In this document: positions 50,241-64,000 of the stretch, piece by piece
How the letters are laid out: each line of letters opens with the position of its first letter
Position numbering within the stretch: position 1 is the stretch's first letter
NCBI RefSeq assembly: GCF_964204645.1
Contig: NC_134027.1
Span: 6,356,485 to 6,420,484, forward strand
Origin: Tubulanus polymorphus
Lineage: Eukaryota > Animalia > Nemertea
DNA: 64,000 nt
Direction of reading: 5' to 3'
Position numbers and translations under genes: made by a program
The notes under the pieces: model-generated
Database searches by the model: none
Seen by the model: only the letters and a program-made list of their open reading frames with translations
Told to the model about the DNA's origin: nothing

Positions 50241-53200
50241 TCACAATGGGGGTAACATTTCCCTTGGTTTCTTTTTCAAATGACTAGAACTCGCTTCATC
50301 TTGTTGAATGCCATCGGCAAATGGATCATGGGTCGGCGGTGTGGGAAGGGTTTCACTTAATTCGTCCGCTGGGAGTTCCATTTCAGGAGGGATCACTGGC
50401 TTCGGATGTTCTTGGACATCAGCTACATTAACATAATAATATGTGATTAACAAAAATATCCCCCGAGAGATTTCGTAAAAAGGTTTGACCGTACATAAGA
50501 GAAACCGAAATAACAGTTGTTTGAATGATATTGTGGGTTTCTCTAAATGATCATATTCATCAAGACTGTGAATAGTCTCAACTATTTTTTCCATTTGCAT
50601 CCACTAAATTATTCATCGGTTTTAAACACATACCGGTACCTGGTGGCTGAGGCAGGACAGCAGGAGGTGGATGAATCACATGGTCAGATGGAACATCAGG
50701 AATGGGAGGCAGATTCTTTCCCGAGGCTTCCTCTGTAGGTTTCCATACTAAACTTTCACCAACGTGTAATGCTGGACCAAGTTTAAAACTCAATTCCATT
50801 ATCTGAACAACATATCGAATAAAATTTTTTTACAATAATTGATCTCATTGCGATATTTCTAAAATCATCAAGACACCGAATATACCTCAGGATCAACATC
50901 TTTACTATTTTCAGTCTTCAGTTTCTGTTCAAATAATGCGTATTGTTTCGTAGCTGCAGATCGTTCACCTTGATTGTACAGAAACACACTGTAGTTCAAA
51001 TGTATAGCAGCTGAGTTCTTCTTACTGAAAGAACATGGAGAAGATTTTATACATGAGAGTTGAACATACAGGAAAAGATTGCGCAACAACTGGGATATGC
51101 AAGTAAACTTACTCATCTAATACTAAAGCTTGCTCATATGCTTGTCTGGCATTTTCTGGATCTTCAAGATGTGTCAAAGCAACTGTAAAAATAGATACAT
51201 AATATTATTCCGAATATAATTAACATAATAAGAATAAAGTTGTAAGAAACAGAGGAGATTGTGTCAGAAATTACCTGCTAATAACATGAAAAGTTGAGCC
51301 ATTTTGGGACGGAGATTGATTGCTGCACTGAGAAAATGGAAAGCGGATGCGTACTGCTGCATGGTGAGATGTAATAGTCCGAGGTTGTATAATATCTTCC
51401 AGTCAAAAGGAGCTAAATAGTTGGCCCTTTTTAAACAGCTTATTGCCTAAATTTTCAAATGAAAAGGAATATCACAGTACATGATACAACAAACTACAAC
51501 AATGTTACCGCTAAATACTTACGGCTACATATTTCTTTTTACCGAAGAAGCACATTCCTATGTTGTTCCACAGAGGAGGACTTTCAGGTGTAGCCTGCGC
51601 AGCTATTCTGTATTTAGTCAAAGCGACATCGAAATCTCCGTGATTCTGCATCATACTCCCAGCAGCGAGGATCGCCTTTACGTGAGTCGGATCGAAGGTG
51701 AGAGCGTTTCCCAAGTTCTCAAATGCTTTTTGAAACTGACCAACCTGAAAGATTTGTCACGAAATCACTCGATGATTGGACTGATATCGAAAACCTAAAT
51801 ATACTTGAAATGAAAACGTAAATGTCAGATGTTGGCTGTTTGTGAATAGAAGAGTGATCTAAGAACATATCTACTGGTACCTGCATGTAGAGCAATCCTA
51901 ATGTTGATAACAGATCTGGATTTTCGGGAGAATATCTATGAATAAAGAAATATTGATAAGTTACAGCTCGGATGAAATCCAATCGCGTAATGATATATTT
52001 ACGATGAAGAATACATACTCAACTGCCCGCCTATAGATATCAATCGCACCGGTTATATCACCTTCATGTAGCAAAATCTTCCCTAACATCATATAAGAAA
52101 GATCGTGCGGATGAAATGATATCGCTTGTGTCAGACATTCTTTAGCCTGAAAGTGATAAATTGAGTGCCATAAAATAGAACATGCAATCACTCAGAATCT
52201 AGAAAAAATATTCATAACGTTACCTTATCTAATTGATTCAAATACATGAAACATACACCTTGATTGTGAGAGATCTCCTGAAAATGTATAAATATATCCA
52301 CTAAAGTCGAACAAAAGCCTACCCGTACTTACAATAAGATATAATAGAACCTGGCACATACCAGAAGGTATGTGAAACTTACCCAATCCTTTTCTGACAT
52401 TTTATTAGCCTCATTGTAAACATCTATTGCTGCTTTATGTCGCGCTAAAAGAAACCTGTAAAATTATAACCACAATTAGAATTATCGATTGATACACGTA
52501 ACCACTGACATTGATACTACTGCTGCTTCACTTACAATGATCTTGCAACTTGTTTTAGATTCTGAGCACTGTTCGGATTCAATAGCGCACATGTTTGGAA
52601 CAACTCGAGAGATTCCTGGATTTTGCCTTCTTGTCGACAGATGAGTGCTGTAAATCAATGAGAGTTTCTATTGAGACATCTTAGTATTGGCCCGTTTACA
52701 GACAGATTTTAACATTCTATTGAACTGGCTCCAGTGTATCCTATTCCTAGATAATGATTTTTCCTGCCTACCTTTGATAAATACAGCATATTCACACATC
52801 CCGTGAGTTTCAGCAATCTGATCTTCAATTATATTTTTACAAGTGCCATATTCTTTTCGGATGAAGTGAAGATGAATGAGCCAATTTCTGCGTTCAAAGA
52901 TTGGAATATCGGGAGCTGAAGGAAATACACCAAAAAATATCATTCAAGCATACAACATTAAGTTGGGCCTTTCCCTTTACGAAAACCTACAAACCTTTTC
53001 CACGCTTCGGTTTTGGTGGGGCAATAACTGGTATAAGTGGGGCAGCCTGAGGAGGTAATCCCACGCTCTCAGCGTCCTTAATCATCTCCATTTTCTATAA
53101 TGAAAAAATAATAAGGCCTAAGTCAATTCTTCAATCCAATCATCAATCACAGATGAAAAGGCAGAAAGAAAAACAAACTGTGTGTGACGTGAGATCATAG

Positions 53201-53824
53201 GCTCCTGCTCGTATTAGAGTTGTAGATTAATGTAAAAACGATAATCTATCAATCCAATGTCTATCAGAGTTGTAGATTAATGTAAAAACGATAATCTATC
53301 AATCCAATGTCTCTTAGTATGTATAGACATTAGATTGATAGATTATCGTTTTTACATTAATCTACAACACTGATGATAGACATTTGGTCTGGATTGATAA
53401 ATTGTCGTTTTTACATTAATCTACAAATACAACTCTGATGCGAGCCCCTGTGCGTGAGACGTATGAAGTAGAGTAAGGACGAACGACTGGTAGGACGGAC
53501 CTGGATAGTCTAGTACCTAGCCGTCGTTCCATAAACAACGGTTGTAGGGAACCGGTGTAACAACGACTGGTTGGTATTATTCAGACACTGCCACTGGCAC
53601 TGCCACCGACGTCGTTGGCTGACACTGACACTGACAGTGGACAAACGAAAACAAGTTACAAATTCAATCGCTACGTTAAACTAATGAATATCAGCGTGGT
53701 TCTAATGAAACTCATTAGTATACTTTACGCAATGGCATTGTAAAATCTCCAACATAAGAATTCACGGCGATTTTCACGTAACAAGTTGAATATTTACCTC
53801 TTCTTTTTTGGAATCCGACGCCAT
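50241..53824 (-). CDS. BBS4: Bardet-Biedl syndrome 4 protein (BBSome TPR subunit), 14 coding exons, about 548 aa
   Basis: Hand-spliced GT-AG exons (minus): 53798-53824, 52995-53094, 52772-52915, 52536-52647, 52383-52455, 52224-52277, 52019-52146, 51881-51935, 51523-51744, 51275-51446, 51113-51182, 50886-51024, 50634(or 50640)-50802, 50241-50422. Total is 1647 nt with consistent phases. Peptides [90 protein letters not shown] and [12 protein letters not shown] match the known BBS4 sequence. Confidence 0.96.
53196..53452. mobile_element. Foldback-type element (two 50-bp units forward, two inverted) in BBS4 intron 1
   Basis: Unit AGAGTTGTAGATTAATGTAAAAACGATAATCTATCAATCCAATGTCT occurs at 53216 and 53266, with reverse-complement copies at about 53325-53370 and 53378-53438. 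The direct repeat CGTGAGA at 53188-53194 and 53453-53459 resembles a target-site duplication. Confidence 0.75.
53508..53585 (+). repeat. Dispersed repeat of about 70 bp, copy 1 (BBS4 intron 1)
   Basis: GTCTAGTACCTAGCCGT.GTTCC...GGTTGTAGGGAACCG...GACTGGT...TATTCAGAC is shared with 58158-58224. Confidence 0.7.
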
Positions 53825-54791
53825 GTTGTTTATTGATGGTGGCGCCACGGGCCGGTTCAGTCATTTATATGAACCTTCCGAGGTCTGCGGAGGGCCCTGG
53901 TATAACTTAACTACGAAGTTCGATATGACTTACGTATCAAAATTAATCCCCATGTATTCTTGATGAAAGCGATTAAGTCAGTCCTCCTAAATGTGTAACT
54001 TTATTTTTGTGAACCTGGCCCTAGGACAATAAATAGACTCAAAACAGTGGTTCAGTTTCTAGAGTGTTTTTATTTGGTCGGTTAACAACATAATGTTAAG
54101 AAATAAGTTGCATAGGTCAAATGTTATTCTTTTGCAATTGCTGGAATAAATTCACTAAAACCTTGATGATGCATGCATATTAAGTAGCATAGAGTGCAAT
54201 TCATATAAATCTAAAGATTTGATTTTCAAATTAAGTTTAAGGTTGAATCCAATAACGACCAAACGATTGATTTTGAATCCTTTTGAAATCTTTTAATATA
54301 TTATGCGTTAAAAAATGTTCAATTAAAAGGTGAATCATAAGCATTATTGGAATATCATTAATTAATTCTAAAACCTGGCAACTATCTATATGCTATTTAA
54401 GACTATCCAAATAATAATCCACATATAAAATTTCGTATGTAAAATACCCTGAACAACTCTATCTTACTGACGACCATATTACATTTTTTGTTATATGAGA
54501 TTTTACCATTTTTTTTATAAGGCTTTTCTTATTTTTTGTGTAACTAACATTTTTCTCACTACCTAATTTCCACGGCATAGACTTGTCTTCAGATAAGTTG
54601 GGTGACAGTTCAGAGTTTCCAACATGTGAGATGGCAAGTTCATAACTAAATGGTGAAAACAAAACTCTTTTAAATATAACCTTACAACCAGTAAAGTCTG
54701 AAAGTTTGTTTTCGAGATCACAAAAAGAACAACATCGAAGATTTCTAAATTTTGTAAAATGTCTTTAAATTTGGTCTAATCCAGAGTTTCG

Positions 54792-56830
<2,039 letters not shown>

Positions 56831-57000
56831 CGCTAGTCGCTGTTATTCGGTTGTTACGAGGGCGACAACTACGCGAACTGCTCCGACGGCGGCTATCCCA
56901 AGTTACGTAAAGAAAGGGAGACCGATGACGTCATTGTGTGTGCGTCATTCCGTCGCCGGTCGATAATTCGCGAAAAACCTCGACGTCACATTGAGATTTT
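56831..57000. promoter_or_regulatory. CpG-rich promoter of PRELID3, probably shared divergently with TMEM229B
   Basis: GC/CpG-rich segment directly upstream of the PRELID3 ATG. It contains a full CRE TGACGTCA (56926-56933), TGCGTCA (56941-56947) and GACGTCA (56982-56988). The flanking genes are head-to-head. Confidence 0.55.
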
Positions 57001-58157
57001 ACACGATGTGAAATATCCTCCACTATTTATCAACCTATAGGCGGCGCCACCATAGAACTAGGCTCCACAATCTGAAAAAGATTCCGAGTCCTGACAGAGG
57101 TTTTGACAGCACTCCGTCCGGCAAAAGGCCAGTACTACTAAAGTATAGGCTATCTGTGAATAGTAAAAGGCAAGTAGCATTTAATCCGTTTATCGTTTGA
57201 TTCATTGGAACCTGCCCTTTGTTGTTGGCGTTGTTAATTAATTTACAAAACTTAAGAAAAAAATACCCGAAGTACCGTATGTATGATTTATGGTCTGTCA
57301 GGAACACTACTACCACTCTAAAACAGTCTCACACTCACAGAGCAGCAGCAGCCAGGCTTTGTGGGAAATTTCACATCTTCGACTGGAACCACATGGACGA
57401 ACAACAGACAATCCAGTTTCAGCATAGGCGATCAATTAGCACTTGTACTTGTAACCCAGCGCTCTCCTCCCCTTGCTCTGCGAGGCCAGGAAACAGCGAT
57501 AACGTATTCTCGTGATTTGCCATATGAATTAACTCTCAGATCCAAAATCATCATCATCACTTATATCACGGATGTATGGAGGCCTGCTAGTAGAGGTCAG
57601 CTCATTTGTTGAAGATTGATATCGGTTTAGGTGACAGGGTTTCTACTCGCACTCAGATTGATATTGATTGCATTACGAATGATTGGTACTTTTTTATCTA
57701 ACTAAAAGATTAAATTGTTCATAGTTTTAATAAGTTGAAATTCTATAGTAAAAATCTGATCAGTAATAGTTTGAATTTACTGTTTTAGGCCGTTATACAT
57801 GTTTTGATTAAGGTTGATAGTGTACAATTACAGTTATACTACAATTACTGTTAATAACAGTATTTGTATAGCATTTTAGAATAATGCCGTAATGGCAAAA
57901 TATGCCTAGGTGGCCCTTTCATGAATCAAAGTTAGCCTAGTTTAGTCATCTAGAAAACTACTGCTAATAGTCCTAACTGTAGATGACAGAAAATCCTGAA
58001 CCATGTGATAATAGTCAGTGACTCCATGACCGACACTGAAATGCATAAGATCTAACTATAATGCATTCGACTATGTTTGTTTCAGCCACTGGTCAACTAC
58101 TTACAAAAACTGAATTTTCGCCCTTATGACTGATTAAGCCAGGCCTATTCAACTGTG

Positions 58158-58224
58158 GTCTAGTACCTAGCCGTGGTTCCTCAAACAGGTTGTAGGGAAC
58201 CGTAAAAATGACTGGTATTCAGAC
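58158..58224 (+). repeat. Dispersed repeat of about 70 bp, copy 2 (upstream or intronic of TMEM229B)
   Basis: It has a 17-bp exact match GTCTAGTACCTAGCCGT plus GGTTGTAGGGAACCG and GACTGGT/TATTCAGAC shared with 53508-53585. Confidence 0.7.
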
Positions 58225-59251
58225 TAATTCACCTGGTAATGCTTACAGTTTAGGCCTACAGCATATAGGCACAGGCATATGTTTGAATATAGTAACTTAT
58301 TTTACTGAAAGCTCATCCAATCAGAGTTTCAGCCTCAGGCTCTCAACAAGCCTTCATCGTGATATTTTGTATAGAAATTATATGTGTAAGTTAAATCTAA
58401 CAAAAGGGTAGCGTTCTTTTAAAAGGTATGGCCTATTGATTTTATGATCAGTATTTTGGGAATTACACTAAATGAGCCTAGTCAGCACGCATGTCTTAGT
58501 TCTAATTGCCATTTTAATGGGTAAATCTCTGCTGTAAGTGAAAAAGGCATTGCACTGACTGTGATGATTATAAATTGGGTTCTACTGATATGAACAGAGA
58601 CCATCAGGATATTTTACATAGGCCTAGATGGAATAATTATATGGAAGGATTTTTAATAATGTGTGACATATGGTGACTGCTGTTATTTGGATATTGAAAA
58701 TGATCAAAATTTATTTGCGCACTTGGATTTATCAAAAATGGTTAAAACATATATGTGCATGCATTAAACCTTGCTAGAGCTGAGGATTTATGCTGGCTTT
58801 TGATGATATAAGTTTTTAGAAAAAAAACCGAATATTTTATAGGGCCTATAAGAATACAGTTAGAATGTAGTGTTGTAAGAAGTTAGACTTCATAGTGAAA
58901 TTGAGAATTCGTTTATTCTTCCCTTTAAAACAACCCATTCAAAGATACTATCCGGTATGTCATATAGGAAGCTACTCTGAATATGTTTTGTACATAATGA
59001 GAAACCAGGCAGTCGCATTGAAGTAGCATGTAGCCCGTTACTGACAATAAATCAATACACTTATTTCCAGGTACATCTAGACTGTAATAATTACATACAG
59101 TCGCTCCGATGAAATGATCTATTATTAATATACATCTTCACAATTGATCTTTCATATATTTCAGAGGGTGCAACAATTATCATATTTGTTGGATCGTAGT
59201 TGTCAGTGGTAACAAGCCTGGTAGACGGACGGCTGTATTTCTAGATGCGCG

Positions 59252-59740
59252 ATGGGCCAATCAAGTATGACGCAATCGAAACTGTCCCCGCTGCCGTTGT
59301 GGATTCGATTCTATTTCTACGGCATGCACGGATTTCTCGACGAAGTGATCTTTACATCGATTTTCGAATTTGTACAAAACGGCGACTGGAGCCTGAAAGG
59401 TCACTCATCCTTGTATTCGTTTCTCATATACGGCAGTTGTAGCTGTTTTACCGAACAGCTCTACCTACTTTTGTGGTTTAGATATCGAATACCAGCTTTC
59501 GTACGAGCATTCATTTACGTTTTAATCGCGTATTGCTGGGAGTTCAGTTTTGGCTCGGTTTTGAGAATTTTCGACGCATGTCCGTGGGATTACAGCCACT
59601 ACACCTTCAACTTCATGGGATTGATTTGCTTGGAGTATGCACCGGCGTGGTATCTGCTCGGACTTTATCAGGATGTTCTGGCAAATTACCTGTTGAGTTT
59701 GCGCATTAATTTTGACTGTCTTAAATTCAAGTCAAAATAA
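59252..59740 (+). CDS. TMEM229B: Transmembrane protein 229B-like, 162 aa, single coding exon
   Basis: The intact ORF carries TMEM229 family motifs RFYFYGMHGFLDEVIFT, DWSLKGHSSLYSFLIYG, YCWEFSFG and ACPWDYSHYTFNFMGLICLEYAPAW. A splice acceptor (ATTTCAG) at about 59164 implies an upstream non-coding exon. The start could be the second Met (59267). Confidence 0.92.
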   Translation: MGQSSMTQSKLSPLPLWIRFYFYGMHGFLDEVIFTSIFEFVQNGDWSLKGHSSLYSFLIYGSCSCFTEQLYLLLWFRYRIPAFVRAFIYVLIAYCWEFSFGSVLRIFDACPWDYSHYTFNFMGLICLEYAPAWYLLGLYQDVLANYLLSLRINFDCLKFKSK

Positions 59741-60610
59741 AAAACGTGGAGCGATGTTTTTTATAGCAATAAGAAACTATGGAAGCACTAATCAGCACCA
59801 TACTTCACATTTTAAGCATATCCTCTCTATTAGCTCATTTACGTATCTTATTATACTACAAACATTCCTGAGTATGTATCGGTGTATGTATATTGGATAT
59901 TGACTGATCTCGTGTATCTTCAGATAATTGAATCTCCTGAATAATTGAACGCGTTTCACAGGGTAGATCAAGTGAGCGACATAGCCAATAGGAAGATGAT
60001 CATCGTGCTACTGTTAATTGATATGACTGATTCTGCTGAAGGTTTGAAAGAGAGACTTTGCTGGTTTCAACACAAAAACAAATTGTTCGTATATTGTCTG
60101 TTCTTCAGTACAAAATTCGTTTGCACCTTGATGATCCTGCCATAGTACCATAACTTTAGACCAATTACGAATGTCTTCCTTTAGCGAACTAGGCTGCTTT
60201 CCTTAATGTTGATTTGTGTATTAGTATTATTACTACAAAATAATGTTTTGCTCTCTTTGCTCTGTGATACCTTTTTACATTATGATTTTATGTAATGAAA
60301 ATTATTATATTTATGCTTAATTGATTTATAGAATCAGCCTGCTTCTTTCAGTTGCTTGTTTCTTAAGAAACAGACATCTAGCGAAATAGGTACCAGGTAT
60401 TGAAATTACTTTCTCAGTTAATGACAATAGTTGAGATGTTAATTATAGTTGAAATGCAATTATATGCTTGAATTGCAAAAACACATCCAGTATGTGTTTC
60501 TATTTATGATGTTACCATGTAAAATTATAGTTTGGTCTGTTTTCAGGCAAGTTTCTAGGCTAAGACTCTAGATGTGTGAATTTGTTAGTTGTTTGGATAT
60601 AGAAAGATGT

Positions 60611-60804
60611 CAGGGTGCGATCTAAGCACTTGTCCGATTTGCCAGGACAACTTGGAAAAGTATTAGGGCAAGTGGTTGGTTATCATTTTCACTTGTCCGT
60701 CAAGCTAGTGCACTTTTATGTCATCAACGGATGATCATACGGTGTAAGAGGGCAAGTAGATTTTTGAGGGGGCGAGTGGCTTTCATTCCTTAGATAGGAC
60801 CCTG
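60611..60804. mobile_element. hAT-like MITE
   Basis: 16-bp TIR with 2 mismatches, CAGGGTGCGATCTAAG / CTTAGATAGGACCCTG. Internal subterminal repeats ACTTGTCC / GGGCAAGT occur in both orientations. No clear 8-bp TSD. Confidence 0.65.
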
Positions 60805-63266
60805 TATGTACAGTAAAACTTGCGCAAGTGGGAAAAGTTGGGACGGGCTAAATATGTGTGACCTAGAAAAATCTAAGAGCACCGCTTAAAGTCGGATTTA
60901 GGGACATTTACTGAAAAATTCTGACTGTTGAAATGAAAATACTTATAAAACCTAGTTACTACATGTGGCAACTATGTGACAGTGTCAAACCTTTCACAAA
61001 TATTTCAAACTTCTAATAGGTCTGAGTTATTAATCTTTTCAAACAATAATTAAAAATCACCGCCGTAGATGAATGTAATTTCCTTTATTTGAGGCTTTTG
61101 GGGATAAAACTAGTCCGACTTTGTGTATATTCGATTTATAAGATCTGGCTTAGAGAGAGATTTTAGTAGGAAAGAAATTAAAGGCCTGAGAAATTCGAAT
61201 TATTATTCGAATTTGAATTATCACTAAGACTACTGTTACTTTAAATCTAACCAGGGGATAACCAGGCAGCCCATAACATTTTTGGTAAAAGAGTAGACAG
61301 AGGAATGGACCATGGTCGTTACATCCATATATGGACTTACATGGCCGGGATTGGGCAACCAAAGCCGGGCAAAAGTGAGGATGAGTGATCAAATTTCAAA
61401 TTGTAGTAACAAGTAGAATACCAATCTCTACATGATCATCCCTGTCTTGATGACCAGTAGAGCATCTATATTTCATTATTTAACGTTTTATAGATCATAG
61501 ATACCAGCACTAAAAATACCAGTATGTTATAACAAAGGTTTTGAAATCATAGATACCAGTACTAGCAATGAAGATAATGTTTTATGGTTTGTTTTCATTG
61601 TAAACTTTTATTCAAATTTTAATATCGTTGATACTATCAACTGAAATAATTGTTTTATGGTTTGTTGTGAAGTTTTGAAATCATAGATTCTACCATTTGA
61701 AATTAATCTCCACTGAAAATTATTGAACATATCGATATATTACAGGGATACATTCAATGTATTTGATGAATGGATTGAAAGAACATTTCTACATTTTTCC
61801 ATTTATAATTGATTTATATCAGCTCTGGTTTATCTCTCAAGATGGCCTAAACCTGGCTAACTGATTTCAGAGGGTTAGTCAGGGTCTGTCGTGAAACGTT
61901 TTGAGTTTCCTTTTACAAAACCTAACGTTTATCTGTATAAAAACCGGTATGATGTACAAAATGTCAAATCTTTTTCCAATCTCAAAATGATACAATGAAG
62001 TAGAGTAGAAGTAGCAACTAGTAATCTCAAACGACTGTACAAGTTATTCATACATGTAGATCTCAAAATGCTTCCTGTTCTTCTGGTGTAACTTCAGCTC
62101 AAATGTAAATTTTGAAATCTCAAGCGACTCTAAGTACAAGTATATATTAGGGATGGCTATGATGCTTTGAGGTCTTCTTTCAGGTCACTATGTCCACCTT
62201 TTGTGAATCTCAGGTAGCTAAAATGTTGACGAGACTTTATTTGCTGGATATATGTTGGCGCACAGCAGGCACATGGTAAATTTGTAAAATTTCTACATTT
62301 TCTACTTTTTAATCCGGATCAGTTAAGACAAGCCCGTTCAGTTACCTATACACATTTGTAACGGTGGACCATAAATAATTGGATTGTACTGATCCGGATC
62401 AAGTTGGTTCGGCTGTAGTAATGCATTTTATCATGAGAGAAGAACTTCGATCATTCTGTCTCGATAGTGTAATTATACTGAAGCAATATAAACACTATGA
62501 ATTTGAAATCTTTTGTTTCTTATCATTTGATGGATAACAGTGTTGGAACTCTACCAGATGGGTATACGAAGAATCCATAAAGTACATTCACATCTTCAAG
62601 GGAACAGTGAATACATGTATGCAAAAAAATACCACAGTAAATCGATACATAACATTAGGACATGTAGGTGAACTACTTTATGGATTATGCCCAGGCAGAA
62701 CTATGATCTTTTATCTATTACTCTGAATAGATCGCTGTAGGTACTAATGGGTATCAAGCAGTACACCATGGAAAATGTTGCACAACATCGATCTGTGGAT
62801 TAATGAAATCAGCTGTCAGGAGATTACAGTCTACAACTAGCATGTATGGAATCAGATACATGTATATATGCCGAACAAAGAAGAGAGGTTGCTGCGATGT
62901 CCTCAAGTGGATGTAGTCCTTAATGAAATAATATTTCCTCAAACTGTCAGTAGAAAAGAGACATAAAATGTACAGAAGAAATGTAATACAATATATTTTT
63001 CAACAGTGTTTTCAAAACATTATTTGAGAACAGATGAAAAATCTCTGTCGGCGTTCATTTTACGAAAAATCCTCACACAATTACTGTTAACACATGAACT
63101 GTGAGTAGAAGCTTATCATGGCCCAGATTTCTTTTTCGAATTATACACCAAGCTTTAATTTATAATTGATAAACGTTTGTCACGTGCATTGTTGTTCTTA
63201 ATGTTTCAGCTAGGAATAATGAATACAAATACAAAAACACTTTCAAACGCAAGATTAGATGCTCCT

Positions 63267-64000
63267 TCATATGTTAATGACTCGACTCAATTTCTGAATT
63301 CTGTTCAGTAAAATGTCTCCTTGTTTTATAGTTGCCTGAAATACACAAGAGAGTTCATACATGAAAACTAATAATTCCTTGATAGCTAAACATTTGAATC
63401 TAGTCACTGAAATACTTTAATCTACTTGAAAATTCAGTTCTCGATAATGATTACCGTACCTGATATTGGTAATTTTTACTATCTGGTCGATTAGTTTCTA
63501 CGATTCCTCCAACTTTATCTATTTTACAATGAAGCCTGCCGGCAGCGATGAACCGTGATAATTCTCTACAATTCATAATACAAAATGATTACTCTGGAGA
63601 AAACTCAATGCAAAGATATTGCTTTAAGATATTCGCTTTATCAGATTTAATTACAAATTTTCAGTATGAAGAATGAAGTACAGCAATACTTACTGGTCTA
63701 TGAATTTGATTGACACACCAAATGCATTAGCCATGTACTGTAGAGTAAGACTACTGTATGATTCTAGTAGCTGGGTATAGGCCAAGATTCTCATTTCGCG
63801 AATGTAATATCGATAGTGCAGATGTAACACTCGATCATGCTTCAGTAGACTCTCGATATGACCTAAAACATAAACACAACGATAGGATTGGAAGAGGATT
63901 GTGTAGCCATTCATAAAATCGATTGACTTCATGTATCTTAAAAGAAAGTTTCTGAAGTGGTTTTTGGACCCTTACTTAAACTTTTGAAGAATTCTGCATA
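63267..64000 (-). CDS. PSMD6: 26S proteasome non-ATPase regulatory subunit 6 (Rpn7), last four exons; 5' part beyond the window
   Basis: Exons (minus): 63976-64000 (partial, YAEFFKSL), 63694-63862 ([41 protein letters not shown]), 63460-63565 ([35 protein letters not shown]) and 63267-63335 ([22 protein letters not shown]). These match the PCI domain and C-terminus of PSMD6. Confidence 0.97.

Noticed and set aside
51481-53058. Plus-strand ORFs (51481-51798, 52876-53058) and similar ones at 50547, 55533 and 56425
   Set aside because: They are antisense shadows of BBS4 and PRELID3 exons.
53216-53438. 50-bp repeats as a CRISPR array
   Set aside because: The units are contiguous without unique spacers, half are inverted, the context is a eukaryotic intron, and there are no cas genes.
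53731-53767. AATGGCA...AAGAATTCACGG resembling miR-263/miR-183
   Set aside because: The two matching parts are separated by an extra stretch of about 14 nt and there is no hairpin.

Overview
AT-rich eukaryotic (metazoan, probably invertebrate) genomic DNA with GT-AG introns. There are no prokaryotic features, CRISPR arrays, rRNA or intact tRNA genes. The right 14 kb is a compact cluster of four conserved genes whose exons I rebuilt by hand: BBS4 (minus, 14 coding exons, about 548 aa), PRELID3/slowmo (minus, 6 exons, 202 aa), a TMEM229B-like gene (plus, single coding exon) and the 3' end of PSMD6/Rpn7 (minus, running off the window). The region from about 4 to 47 kb contains no recognisable conserved protein domain. 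It holds many short MITE-like elements, microsatellites, several decayed coding-like patches and a pre-miRNA-like hairpin. It also holds a series of minus-strand ATG-initiated exon candidates that all end in phase 1, which may be alternative first exons of a large gene whose body lies left of the window. An orphan minus-strand gene candidate lies at about 3.1-4.0 kb. All identifications come from manual translation and recalled family sequences; no database searches were run. Nothing here is demonstrably a new biological system.
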